In this document: one piece after another, positions 39,948 to 54,707 of the stretch
How the letters are laid out: the number at the start of each line of letters is the position of its first letter
Position numbering within the stretch: position 1 is the stretch's first letter
Assembly: GCA_951406725.2 (NCBI GenBank)
Contig: OX597814.1
Span: forward strand, 32,550,001-32,614,000
Length of the DNA stretch: 64,000 nt
Reading direction: 5' to 3'
Source: Octopus vulgaris
Lineage: Eukaryota
Program-made: the position numbers and the translations under genes
Notes under the pieces: model-generated
The model's input: the letters and a program-made list of their open reading frames with translations, nothing else
Databases searched by the model: none
What the model was told of the DNA's origin: nothing

Positions 39948-40398
39948 GTATATGTATATATGTATGTATGCAGTTTTGCATATCCTACGGTTAGGATTAA
40001 TCTCAATATTTCAGAAGAACGCTTATCCATTGTGTTTAACTCTATTTTCATTCTCTTTTGAACACCTCGTGGAGTTATAATATTACAAAACTGAAACATA
40101 GTCTTCGGGCACCAAATTATCAAACACACACACACACACATACACACACACACACATACGCATATTAATAGATATACGTGCATGTGTCTGTGTGTATATA
40201 TATGCGAGCTTCACTGTGTTCGTATGCGTATGTATTGTTTGAGTAGAATTATAGTTATGCGTGTGAGTGTGATGTCTTTCAATGTACATATCAGGAGTGG
40301 TTCACGAACTTGTATATATAAATAGATAATTGTGTGTGTATATATGTATATGGTTTGCTTGTATATATGTGTGCATATATATATACATACATACATAT

Positions 40399-40474
<76 letters not shown>

Positions 40475-40869
40475 TATAAGCATGTATGTATCTATGTATC
40501 TGTGTGGAATAAAGTTTTCTTCAATACTAGAAATATCAGAAAATTTTCTTCTGGCAACTAACGAAAACAATTGAAAAATTCAAGATGCTTTTTTCCCATT
40601 CCCTCTAACATTTCTTTTCCCATCATTTTTCATGACGTATTTATGTTTGAGGCACACAATTTCGAACGCACACGCACACACACACTCTCACACACACACA
40701 AACACAAACACAAACACACACACATTCACATACACGCATACACACGTATAAAGGTACATTTATATACGTACATGCTCTCATCTATGCAAAATAGATAAGG
40801 CCCATTGATCTCATACTCGGAGCCAAAAAAATCGTGCTATATACATACGTGTATATATATATATAATAC

Positions 40870-40940
<71 letters not shown>

Positions 40941-41309
40941 GTATATGTATATATATGTTTGTATATATATATATATATAATTATATATATATATATATAC
41001 CGATATAGATGTGTGTGTGTTTGTGAGTATAATTCTTTGCACACACTCACACACACGCATATACAATATGTATATATGTATTTATACAATGCTACATGCG
41101 TGCATAATGCGAATTCATACAGTCACGTTCAAACGGGGACTGAGAAATCTTTTTACAATTATTGACATACGTGCCTTCAATATACCATCAAAGGACGATG
41201 TAAATACACATCCGTGACAATACCATACATCGCCCGAAAGCATTAGCATAGACAAAGAATGATATTCTCATAAAGACTTTAGCAATATATAAAAAATATA
41301 AATACCCAT

Positions 41310-41396
<87 letters not shown>

Positions 41397-41456
41397 TACA
41401 TACATACACACACACACACACATATATATATACAGAGAAAGAGAGAGAGAGAGAAG

Positions 41457-41500
<44 letters not shown>

Positions 41501-41511
41501 CATATATATAT

Positions 41512-41584
<73 letters not shown>

Positions 41585-41680
41585 CATATTTGTGTATGTG
41601 TTTCTCTTTAAATAGACATATCTGCACAAATATATACATATATATGTATGTATATATATATATGCATATATATATATATG

Positions 41681-41718
<38 letters not shown>

Positions 41719-43492
41719 AACCTGATGTATATACCTATACAAGCATATGCATGCACACACATATGTTTGCATAATACGTACACACACATGTTCCTTTAAA
41801 AAAAAAGAACCCCTTTGACTGTTACGCAGGAAAATATCTGCATTACGCTTATGGTTAACAGACACCTTATCGTAGACATTTAGTGGAATCTACCATAATA
41901 AGAAGGATTTTGACATTTAAACATAGTAGAAAAGTATCTGCCTGTGTTTTTCTTTTTATATTTCTGCTGTTACTATTTATGTATGATGCAATAGTCTTGG
42001 TGTAATTTTGTACACTATTGACACGAAGATCTAGATAAATTCTATAGTAATATCATTTCATTTCCCTCTGACTGGAGCACGAGTGGCGTACAATTTTAAT
42101 TTACCCTTGAAAGAAAAGCTAACGAGAAGTCCCTTCTACTGCCGGAAAATCTGCGAGAAATAGGAACCAAATTAGCCTTTTGGTTGTTTTATGCTTTTGT
42201 TTCCTATGATATTTGGATAATACAGTCTGGGTTGTAGAATTCATACTTATTTATTTCATTGAATGAGGAGAATGTGATACAGGCTTAACACACATTCCCT
42301 AAAGCAGAATTCTCATACCAATTTTAGACTATGTATTGCCGAAACTAATACAAAAAGAATTCTAAAAGCGACAAACGTAAATTATTTGATTGCCTTAAAA
42401 GCATGACGAACTGCCTGTTTCAGGAATCGAACATACGACCCTAAGATAGTAAGCCAAAATTTCTAACCACGAAGCTACACGACTTCAGAAATCCTACATT
42501 AGTGTATCCGATAATTTATTAATACATATAAACTTGTCCGTTGGGGAAAAACAGAATCGTTAACTTTGTTGGACAAAATGCGTTGCGATAAAACTGTAAC
42601 ATGTTTTCTTTTTGTTTTTGGTCACTAAATGTTATTTTTTATTTGCTTTTATATAGAAACCAAAGTAAATGGTTAATATCCCCTTCAAACTTTGCTTTTG
42701 TGTCCTAGACATCAATGTTTTGAAACTGACCTATTACCCATTGCATTTCAGACAGATTCAGCGTTGAGTTGCTGAAGAAGAAATATCATTGTAGCAAATA
42801 TTTTGCTCATCAGCTGCTTGATCTTAACCACTTGAGCATGTCCCTTAGCGACTGACAATATGTGCCTCTCTGATCGTGAGCAGGAGTAGTTAGGGAGCAT
42901 CATAGCCATATATTGAGAGGGATTATTTGGGGTTTGAATAAATGTAAAGTTTGAAGGAAATATAAGCCATTTTTCATACTTTCTAGTTGTAATCAAATAA
43001 CTGCTGCTACTCAAGGACAAAAATGTGTTACAGTGTAATCGCTCTCGTTCTTTACATTCTGAGCTTAAGTCCTTCTTGAAGCCAACGTTGCATTTCCTCG
43101 TTCCATAGTCGATAAAGTAAAGAACCAGTCAAGTAAATAGGTCGGCTTAATCGAGGAACTTCATCTTACAAATGTCTGTCTTCGTGTCAATGTCAGAAAA
43201 ACCTGTTGCACTTAACCACTGTACGGGTGGAGTCTTTGAAAAAAACATGGCGTAAAATGAGATAGGATTATAAAGCCTTGAGTTCAAATTCCGCCGAAGG
43301 CGACTTTGCCTTTCGTCCTTTGTGTGTCGATAAATGAAGTACCAGTTGCGCACTGGCATCGATGTAATAGATTGGCCCCCTCCCCAAAAAGTTCGGTTCT
43401 TGTGCCTGGAATAGAAAAGAATATTAATTTTCATTGCATTCCACAAATTTCTTCCTTTCTATTGTTAAGCTTATATTAAACGTTTGATATAG

Positions 43493-43522
<30 letters not shown>

Positions 43523-43525
<3 letters not shown>

Positions 43526-43752
43526 GTGGTCTGATCAGTGAGTACCCGGACTATTGCCAAAGTAACAAAGCTAAAGCACGCAGAGTAAAACCACTTGACA
43601 CAGATTGACCTTGAACTCTGGTGTGCATGCGCACTAAATTTTAACATTCTAGCTCACTTCCGCTAGAAGGTTAAAATTGACCATGACGGAGTAAGCTGAG
43701 CAGGGAATCTGCATCAAATTTTGCCAAAAGCTTGGTAATAACTGCTTCAGAG
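43523..43752 (+). mobile_element. mariner 5' end (TIR plus transposase N-terminus), truncated
   Basis: TA|CGTGGTCTGATCA TIR-like start; from 43683 MTE*AEQGICIKFCQKLG resembles the mariner N-terminal EQR.CIKFC.KLG motif. Confidence 0.7.
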
Positions 43753-43908
43753 GTAATAACTGTTTCAGGGAGCTTCTTTCAGTTTCCATCTACTAAATTA
43801 ACTCAAAGTGCTTTAGTTGGCTCCAGACAATTGTAGAGGAGACTTGCCCAAAATTCTACGCGGTGGGACTGAACCCGGAACCATGTGTTTGGGAGCTAAA
43901 CATGTATG

Positions 43909-44322
43909 CGACGAGCTGGCAGAAACGTTAGCACACCGGGCGAAATGCTTAGCGGTATTTCGTCTGCCACTACGTTCTGAGTTCAAATTCCGCCGAGGTC
44001 AACTTTGCCTTTCATCTTCCGGGGTCGATAAATTAAGTACCCGTTATGCACTGGGGTCGATATAATCGACTTAATCCGTTTGTCTTTCCTTGTTTGTCCT
44101 CTCTGTGTTTAGCTCCTTGTGGGTAGGAAAGAAATAGGTATTTCGTCTGCCGTTACGTTCTAAGTTCAAATTCTGCCGAGGTCGACTTTGCCTTTCATCC
44201 TTTCGGGGTCGATAAATTAAGTATCAGTTATGCACTGGGGTCGATGTAAACGACTTAATCCCTTTGTCTGCCCTTGTTTGTTCCCTCTATGTTTAGCCCC
44301 TTGTGGGTAATAAAGAAATAAG
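43909..44322 (+). mobile_element. SINE-C tandem dimer
   Basis: Second unit starts GGTATTTCGTCTGCC directly after AAAGAAATA; imperfect TSD AAACATGTATGCG / AAACATCTTTGCG. Confidence 0.9.
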
Positions 44323-44503
44323 AAACATCTTTGCGTGTTTGTATGTAATTCTGTATTATGCATATTGGTAGGTAGGCAGGTACGTAGGTATATTTACGCT
44401 TTGAGAAAACAATATCTTTTATTGTACTCAAAGCAAAAGTATATTTAGATAAATGCGTCACCAATCTGATTCAACAACAGAGATGTAAACAACTAAAGTA
44501 TAT

Positions 44504-44559
<56 letters not shown>

Positions 44560-44617
44560 TATGAGTCTGTATAAGTGTACATATGTATGTTAATGTATAT
44601 ATGTGTGTGTATGCGTA

Positions 44618-44660
<43 letters not shown>

Positions 44661-44904
44661 GAATGCAAGTATGTATGTGTGTGTTTGTGCATGTATGTGT
44701 GTACATGTTTGCGTAACAGCTGATACAAACACAACGATATTTCGAACTGAACTCTTCTAAAGAATCTGGAGAATTTTGACAAAACACAGTCATTGATTGA
44801 TGTAAATCATACACAGTACTTATGGATAAATATTTCAAAAGAATAAGTGTGCGTACAATAGTTTACATTCTATTCTATTATCACGCTCTTGAAACAGCTC
44901 TTAT

Positions 44905-44918
44905 ACATACATACACAC

Positions 44919-44949
<31 letters not shown>

Positions 44950-45140
44950 CATACATACATACATACATACATACATACAAACATGCATACAAACATACAT
45001 ACATGCATACATACATACATACAAACATACATACATACATGCATACAAACATACATACATACACACATACAAACATACACACATACATGCATACAAACAT
45101 ACATACATGCATACATACATACATATATACACACATACAT
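44905..45140. repeat. (CATA)n microsatellite; another at 48505-48615
   Basis: Direct reading. Confidence 0.95.
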
Positions 45141-45283
45141 ATATATATATAACATATTCGTACATGTCTATATACGTACGCAAACATATTCATAAACACG
45201 CTTTTGCGCGCACTCACTAACACACACATATATATTAGTTAATTATATATATTTTTGCATATGTATGTATGCATAAGCATATG

Positions 45284-45350
<67 letters not shown>

Positions 45351-45372
45351 ATGTTTACTTATATTTATGCCA

Positions 45373-45413
<41 letters not shown>

Positions 45414-45844
45414 CGTACTCATAATGTACTCCTTATTCCTTCGCAATTATTCCTTCGAACATATGTCGAAAATAAAGGAATATGCAGCCTTCAATATATA
45501 TATTGAATGGATTATTGTAGTAATATTACATTTAATTCATTAATAGCGAAACAATTGTCTGTAAAAGCTAAATGGGAAACATGTATTTTTGGTTGAAACC
45601 TTTTGATTTCTGGTCGTTCTATTAAATTAGTTGGCGCCATTCAGATAGTCTCTGACGAGCTACTTAAGTAATATTACATTTAATTCATTAATCGAAACAA
45701 TATATGAAACATGTATTTTACCTTGATTAGTGATCAATATGTTTCTTATATTTATTTGTGAAAATATTATAATATGTTATAAAATATTATAATAATCCAG
45801 GTTTCGTAGCACTAGGCCACTTGGTGTGGAATAAATATACTATT

Positions 45845-45895
<51 letters not shown>

Positions 45896-46396
45896 TTCAT
45901 ACAGGTGAAACATTCTCCCTAGCGATTTCCAATTTCATTTGAATTTTGAGTACAAAAGATCTTACAACATTTAGTAAGTCGATAAATTCTAAATTGCGGT
46001 GTTCCACATATACAGCAACAATGACCGCATGTTTTATCCTTTTTTTGTGTTAGCTTTTCAGTATCATGGACGGATGAGTTGTGCACAGCGAGCTAAGGAT
46101 AATAGTTAATATTCAGTTTTACAAATTCAGGGATATGCTACATTTAGAGAAATATACTAGCCTTTAGGTTATTAGAAAACTTTTATTCAGCGAACAGCTT
46201 CAAATTTCTTCGAGGGTGAATTTCACAACGACGACGCAGACTTACTCGCTATTGGCAAGTTGGTGCTTAAAAGTATATATACTTAAAGATATATATAAAA
46301 AGTATTGTGTGACTAATGAATAGAAATAAGAGCCGTTTCCTATTTCATTTAAATATGTGCGTGTCTGTTGTTATGTGCATACAAGTGGGAAGGATA

Positions 46397-46443
<47 letters not shown>

Positions 46444-46454
46444 TTATATATATA

Positions 46455-46857
46455 GGCGTAGGAGTGGCTGTGTGGTAAGTAGCTTGCTTACGAACCACAT
46501 GGTTCCGGGTTCAGTCCCACTGCGTGGCACCTTGGGTAAGTGTCTTCTAGTATAGCCTCGGGCTGACCAAAGCCTTGTGAGTGGGTTTGGTAGACGGAAA
46601 CTGAAAGAAGCCCGTCGTATATATGTATATATGTGTTGTGCGTGTTTGTGTGTCTGTATTTGTCCTTCCTGCATCGCTTCACAACCGATGCTGGTGTGTT
46701 TACTTCCCCGTAACCTAGCGGTTCGGCGAAAAAGAGACCGATAGAATAAGTACTAGGCTTACAAAGAATATGTCCTGGGGTCGATTTGATCGACTAAAGG
46801 CGTTGCTCCAGCATGGCCACAGTCACATGACTGAAACAAGTAAAAGAGTAAATGAGT
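46455..46857 (+). mobile_element. SINE-A, full length (reference copy)
   Basis: tRNA-like head with A and B boxes, internal TA/TG tract, tail AAGTAAAAGAGTAAATGAG. Confidence 0.92.
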
Positions 46858-46914
46858 ATATATATATACATATATATATATGTATATATTTATATATGTG
46901 TGTGTGCGTATATT

Positions 46915-46962
<48 letters not shown>

Positions 46963-47930
46963 AAGCAATAAGATATCAAGTAGTGATGCAGTACGACAGT
47001 TTCAAGCGGTTCCATTTAATTGAACAATGCGATCATTCCATCACTGTAAATGCATTGTCATCTTCAGCTGCACAAATAAATAAAGAGAATTTTGACAAGG
47101 AGACACATTAATATAATTTTTCTCAAATATTTTAACAGAGGAAGATGTTGTTGCTATTGTAGCTAAGGATAGACTACACTTCCAAGAATCTCATGAAGCT
47201 TATTGGGGTCCTTGAGTTGTAAGGGATTGCAATTCATTTCTAATTCATTTATCTCTTCATCAACTGCTAAATCTAAGACCAGAAGACTGTGTCTATTTTG
47301 AATAAAGGACTAGAGCTAGTTGACAGTTCATGGCTAGGTATGGTCATAAATATTTTCTCGGTGAGGAAATAACACGTTAAGAGTAGTCAGTTGGATATAA
47401 GTGACTGTCTAAAAAGAGGGTAGGGTTCGACATTAAATCATGGTGTTAATTAGCAGTTAAAAGGGCAAGACGTTAAGAAACCTATTATATATATACAGAG
47501 GAAATTTTATTTTGGGGCACAATGGGCGATTGTTTATAAACAATATATACCCACACACATAAACATATATACGCAAACTTATATAGACACGCATATTGAT
47601 ACACACATACATATGCATATATATAAATGTGTGTGTGCGTGTGTGTTTGTGTGAGACTCTGTGTGTATGTATGTACATTAATATATTGGTAGAGGTAAAC
47701 ATGCCTTCGCCCACATCCCTAAAGTATTACTTCTCGGTATAGCGTATCATATTTTAACAATTATTCTGCCTAATAATTTCTTTTCCAATCATTATAGCTT
47801 TACATCAAATTTTATTTACGTATCTACCACTGCCGCATTTTTCTCAATCATTTACTCACCCACACACTCTCTCTCTCTCTCTCGCTCGCTCTCTCTCTCT
47901 CGCTCTCTCTCTCTCGCTCTCTCTCTCTCT

Positions 47931-48019
<89 letters not shown>

Positions 48020-48036
48020 CGTCTTTGCAGGTGTAC

Positions 48037-48092
<56 letters not shown>

Positions 48093-48283
48093 GATGCATA
48101 GTACATGTGTTCATGTGGTTGTGTTCGGGTGCGTGAGATTGTGCGTTTTCAGTTTGTGTCTGTATATGAGATACATATAATATAAAACATTTGGGAAATT
48201 GCTAAATATACTTCTTCAAGTGTGTATACAGATATACACACATATGCATATTAAAGATATACTTATAGTTTGTAAATGTAAAT

Positions 48284-48321
<38 letters not shown>

Positions 48322-48341
48322 CCCTCCTGTCTTTCTCTGTA

Positions 48342-48418
<77 letters not shown>

Positions 48419-49992
48419 GTATGTATAATATAGACACAAACGAATATGCGGATATGCATATATAAACCAATAAACATGCACACACACTTACATACATGCA
48501 TATATACATACATACATACATATATACATACATACATACATACATACATACATACATACATACATACATACATACATACATACATACATACATACATACA
48601 TACATACATACATACACACGTACGTAAGTATATACATATGTTCCTGGGAATAAACGTGATAAAAATTCATATGTAAATGTATGAAATATTCGTTTTGATG
48701 CCATTCCTAATTTTGTTATTAACCTTTCGTTTTTCCTTTTCTTGTATTATTTTTGTATTTTTACATTTTGTGTTCTTTTTGCACACGTGTACTATATATT
48801 TGCATTGGTATTTGTTATCACTGCTATAAGGTGAATAGCTTTAATTTTTATCAACATTATTTATTTGGAAAGCTAAAATGCATTACTCAAAGCGCTCATG
48901 TCCCCAGGTCTTCGCAGCTGTTGCTCTGAATTTACACAATACCATAATAGAAATTATTTCAAATTTATGGTAAGATCAAATACAATTAAAGAATACGCGA
49001 AATTCAAATATGGAATATAAAACAGAATGTATACTTCTTTATGTGTGTGTGTATGCATGTGTGTGCGTGCGTGCGTGTGTGTGTGTTTGTGTGTGTGTCA
49101 GTGCGTGTATTTTGTGTGTTTTGATGTATGTAGTTATATACATCTGAGTGATCTACGTACGAAGAAGTTTGAACGTATGTGTATATATATATATATATAT
49201 AAATATTTGTATGTGTATATGCATATATATATACATGAAGCTATGTATATATGTTATATATATATATATACACGTATATATATGTATGTATTACGTAATT
49301 CATTGCGTATTTCTATTCCAAATGTTTCACACTGTATATGGCATACGTGTGTGAATACGTAGACCAGCACCAGTGATGCATATAGAGATATATCTCGAGC
49401 ACACATAAATATTTATACATACAAATATACATACATTCATACCTCTATACATAGATACGTATCTGTGTGTACAAACAGAAGCACCTGAAGAAGCATGAAG
49501 TGTAGGTGATCTTTCATTCTCTGCAACTGAGAAGTTTCTCTGTGTATGTTACACGTATGATATATGTATGCAAACATTCACTCAGTAAAACACAGATGCA
49601 TACTTACACATCCAACGACATACTAATTCGATCAAACTAAGATGCATGCAAACGTTAAAATTTAAACCCAGTCGATAACAGATGCTTATTATTCATACAT
49701 TCTAATCAATTAACGGCTCAAAACCAAATTAACTTCATACAGGCCAGTCAAAAGCAATAGAACCCAAAAAGAACCAAGATCACAATTGAGAACCATAACG
49801 AAAGGATGAACGTAAGGTGCCAATAGTTCACAACATATGTCTTAAACAAAAACAACAATGGTTCACATCCCTTGTTGGCTGCCTGTCGAAAATCCTTATA
49901 CTTTTAACACCTGGACTATAAGCAGCATCAGAGCATATAAAAATCGGGTACATGTAAGCTCTATAAGAACAACTGTTTACAAAATCCCTATG

Positions 49993-50031
<39 letters not shown>

Positions 50032-50149
50032 CATTCATAGAGATGAGTATCATGTTATTAACATTGGAGCCTCATTCAGAAACAACAGTAGCAGTGTAAT
50101 ATAAACGTTTTCTCTTCATCCAGCATCCTTATCGTTAAAAAATAACGAT

Positions 50150-51810
50150 AAAAATGTACAGTAGCATCCACCCTTAGGGGTTAGCCATATTCAAATGGCA
50201 AATATACGTCACGATGTGTTACCGCTACTGTTTATAACTCGCTCTGAGATTTATCATTGATAAAAATGTAGTTCCTCTGCTTCATTTTCAAACATTTAAT
50301 TTTTGTAGAGAAATTTTTGATGAGGTGTAGTTGGCATCGGGAATTGTTTGTTTCGTGAATGTAATTTGCGGTATATTAGATTCTGCGTCTTGCAGTTCAT
50401 ATCTGCATTTAATTTGAAGGGGAATCCCCTTTTGAATTTTATGTGGAAATCACTTTCTAAGTATTTAATGTTGTTGTTGCACGTTCTTCATCTGCTTCCT
50501 CCACATTCTTTTGGAGAATTTTGTTTTGTTCTCAGATGTGAATTTTGCTCGCGTGAGGTGATTTTTGAGATTGTTAGTTGGCGTCTACTGCTCCGTAAGG
50601 ATTTTTTTATCAATCAAATTGTTGCTTTGTAGAAGTATAGGCAAGTTTGATTTTATGGTGTGAAAGATATTGGCTACCCCCAGGATTGTGCGTGTTGATA
50701 AATGGAATCTTGTGTCCATTAATGTTTTTCCTCTGGTGTCCTTGGTTGTGTGATGCTCAGCTTCATTGCCTACTTAATCCCCTTGTTTATTGATCGTAAG
50801 GGGTATTTCTGCTTTGTTAGGAAGTCTTTGAGTTCGTTGAGTCGGATTTGACGTATTTTGGGGTCAATCACTATAGTACAGATTCGTCTTGCCATGCTGT
50901 ATGGGATGTCCCGTTTGATGTGGGTGGGATGGCAAGAGTAGATATTCAAATATTGGTGCGTATCCGTTTTTTTCCTTTTTTGTAAAATAGGTCCTCATTT
51001 GATTTGTCCCAAAAAATGAAATAGTCATCGAGGAAGCGTTTCCACTTTCTAATAACGTATTTCTTGCAATCATGATTAAAAGCACTCTCTACCTCCATAT
51101 ACAGCTTTTATTCCAAGTATTCCTTGACTAGGTTAGCATATGAGGGTGCAAACTGCGTCCCCATAGCCGTGCCCTTTAACATGTTGATATGTTTTATTAT
51201 CGAATCTAAAAGTGTTTTCTTCTAGCACCAGGCGTGTGGCCTTGGTGACGAAGTCAGTTTTCAAGCGTTCATTTATCCGTCCTCTATGTTTCTCTACCCA
51301 GTGTTGACTGCTTCCAGGTTAAAGTGTGAGGTATATTGGTATAAAGATTAGAGACTTCAAAGCTTGTAAATATAGTAACTTCTGGGACAGTGGGTGGAAT
51401 GTGCTAGAGGAAATTTATGCCCTCCCGTATATAGCTGGCTATTAACGGACATAATAGTTTTACGAGTATGTCCAAAAATGATTCAGTTGTTGTGTTGGTG
51501 ATTGAAGCCCAATAACAATTAGTCTCTCAGTGGATCTTAGTATTTTTATGTATTGGTTCCTCTGCTCATCTATGGCTCTCTGTACTTCGTGGCTTTTGTG
51601 GATTTTGGGTAATCCGTAGAAATTGTAGGAATTGCTCTCTTTGATTACAGAGTTGCATAAATAATCTTTCTCCTTGGCTGTGAAGGAATCTTGGTATTCA
51701 TTAATTAGTGTTTTGATTTTATTCATTATTGCTTTTCCTGGGTGTCTTGGATCCTCCTTGTAGTAGGTTTAGTCTGTTAGAATTTCCAGTATTTTCTCAC
51801 AAAGGCTGTG
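50150..51810 (-). pseudogene. Penelope-like element, decayed RT plus start of GIY-YIG domain
   Basis: Minus-strand motifs FYGLPKIHKS, KGTAMGTQFAPSYANL, WKRFLDD, MNCKTQNLIY. Confidence 0.88.
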
Positions 51811-52449
51811 GTCATTTTAAGATGTCAATTTTAGGAAGTAGGATGGAAGAAATAAGAAAAGAGGGAAAGGGTGCGGTCATCACTGAAAATTAAAAAGAGT
51901 TCAAAGTACAAAGTCCTATGAAAATGTATATTCCTTTACACTTGTAAAGCCAAGTCCCATATTCTGTGTAATTCCATGTTTTGCATGAACAAACTTTAAA
52001 TATTAGTACAATATTCATAAATTAGGAAAATAAAGTCAGAATATAAAAAAATAATTTGGTATTGTTTATAATTGAATCTATTCTCTATGTACATTTAATC
52101 AAACGTCATAAATGTGTTTTGTATGTATATTTTTTCTCCTCTTCCTCCTTGTCCTCTATTTCCCCACCACTTTGCTTTCCTTTCTCTCTTTCCCCTTTAT
52201 CTCCAAAAAACTAAAACAATATTCTCCTCTTCTAAACAAAGCAAACAAACCTCCGATTCATATAAATGAACCACAAAACCTTTTGTCTTTACCATTTTGA
52301 TTTTGTTTTGAGTTCGATGAAAGAACGAAAGCGCTAATAAAGAATTATCCATAATTCTAACTGCCTCCTTTTTCTCAATATAAGTGTATGTGTGTGTGGT
52401 TTCAGTCAGAGGGTGGGGCCATGCTAGGCACTGCCTTTCAATGTTTCGG

Positions 52450-53130
52450 GGTCTTTTTCGGTACTGTTTTTGGTGAAAAAGCGAGTTAGACGAAGCTGCT
52501 CTTCTTTGTGCCTCCTGCCGTGATGTGGGCTCATCTGGGATTTCAGACAGAAATTTGTCCAGGTGCTTTTTGATCGTTTCTACCTGTTACAATATTGGGT
52601 CCTTACCTGAGATGAAGAAGGCCGTATCTTTGTATTATGCATTGCTATCCCGTTGGGTGGTTGGTATAGCTTTTAATTCCTAAGTTGGGAGGTAGACCTT
52701 TCAGGAATTTCCATATATTTTTTCTTCTTACTTGTTTCAGTCATTTGACTGCGGCCATGCTGGAGCACCGCCTTTAGTCGAGCAAATCAACCCCGGGACT
52801 TATTCTTTGGAAGCCCAGTAGTTATTCTATCGGTCTCTTTTGCCGAACCACTAAGTGACGGGATATATCATTGCATGCATTTCTCCCGGAGATTAGATCT
52901 TCAGTCCGTGTAGCCTCTCCCAATAACTCATCTGTTCCCCTGAGTCAATCTTCATTGTGTAGTGGCGCTGGATAGCCTGAAGTTTCGCCACCAATTTGAC
53001 GCTCTGCGGTGACCACAATTGGGAGCAGTAATCCAGAAGACTAAGGACAGTTGTTCCTCCTTAGGAGTAGCAAGGTAAACTTATTTCTGGTTCTGAATGA
53101 TCCGGCTACTCGCCTACACACTGTTGTCAA
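52450..53130 (-). pseudogene. CR1-clade LINE 3' remnant interrupted by a SINE-A 3' fragment (52720-52862)
   Basis: LDYCSQLWSPQSVKLVAKLQAIQRHYTMKI...SYWERL; IWKFLKGLPPNLG. Confidence 0.8.
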
Positions 53131-53280
53131 CCTGGCAATATGTTCATAGAATGTTGCATTACAACTCATGTGGATTACCAGATCATGCACTGATTCTAAG
53201 TCTAGAATTGCACTAATATTATATTATATTATATTATATTATATTACATTATATCATATTATATTATATTATATTATATA

Positions 53281-53676
53281 CTGGCAGTATCGCCCGGTGT
53301 TGCTCGGGTTTGTAAGGGAAATAACTATATAAGTATTTTTAGAGAGTTATAGCCAAAAAATAGCAAAAAAATGCATTAAAAATGGAAAAAAAATTATGGT
53401 AAATTTTTTTTTAATCGTTGACTCATTGTAGACATTTTTAGAGAGTTACTTCCCTTATATAATAGCGAAAAAATGCATTAAAATGGAAAAAATGATGGTA
53501 AATTTTTTTTTAAATCGTAGACTCATCGTAGACGCGAGCTAATACCCAGAAGGGCTCGATATGAATCACGACTATAAGATACCCGGTTTTGGTTAAACTG
53601 CACCGCAAAATGTGGGAGTAGTTAGGAATCTAAATCGTAGGAGACAGACACACAACTTGACTTTTATATATAAAGA
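53281..53676 (-). mobile_element. Non-autonomous Helitron-like element, second copy
   Basis: Reverse complement of 5039-5436; 5' TC, 3' CCAG, hairpin CCCGAGCAACACCGGG. Confidence 0.8.
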
Positions 53677-53769
53677 TATATATATATATATATGGAGATT
53701 GATAGAGATAGATACTGCATTTATAAATACGTAGACATAAGTATACATACATGCATTCTTTCAAACGTA

Positions 53770-54155
53770 CATACATACACGAACTCAAGTAAAACTGGTA
53801 GATTATTCCCATCAAAACCTCTGTCAGATGTAAATATAACAGACCGGATGCTGTTTGGGACAGAGGGGCAAAGGTATGTGCCATCATAGATTGTAACTTG
53901 CCTGCAGATATATCTTTTTGAAAACAAAGAAAAATGGCATATTTATGGACAACTGCTTCGAAACCTCCAGTTTCCTTATCCAGACTATGAATTCATGATT
54001 ACACCAATAATAATTGGAGCATGAGGTTTTGTTAGTAAATGCTTAAACTGGGAGTTTCATAAAGCGAAATTGACCGGCTGATTCGTACATTACAAGTGCA
54101 ATCTGTGAGTGGAATAGTAAAAATATGCGAGACTTCTCTCACATTTGGAACTTGA
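53770..54155 (+). pseudogene. Restriction-like-endonuclease LINE 3' remnant, a different subfamily
   Basis: Frameshifted IPIKTSVRCKYNRPD...WDR..KVCAIID...YGQLLRNLQ..YPDYEF.ITPIIIGA. Confidence 0.65.
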
Positions 54156-54469
54156 GAAAAGTCTTGCATATTAACTACAAAGGGAGCTTAGTAACTTTGT
54201 TAAAAAGTAGAAGACACAAACATACATTCACACACATATACATACATGCATGCACACATACATACATATACTTTGTTAATTAGTAACATAGCAAACTTAC
54301 ATCTTTAACTCTTTGGAAGATTTATTTTTTTACCACGGTCGATAAACTTAAAACTATTTTTAAAATCAAATTTTCAGCATTGTAACCTTGTTTATTTCTT
54401 TTGAATAAATTAGAAAACATTCCAAACGCCTAACTCTTACACACGTATGTAATATACGTACTCACGCAC

Positions 54470-54620
<151 letters not shown>

Positions 54621-54656
54621 TATTTCTCTCTTTGTGTGTGTGTATGTGTGTTTGTG

Positions 54657-54707
<51 letters not shown>

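Noticed and set aside
49480-49585. CTGAAGA-A-GCAT...ATGC-AAAC hammerhead-like motif near the Penelope remnant
   Set aside because: GAAA is incomplete and no stem I can be formed; at best a decayed relic
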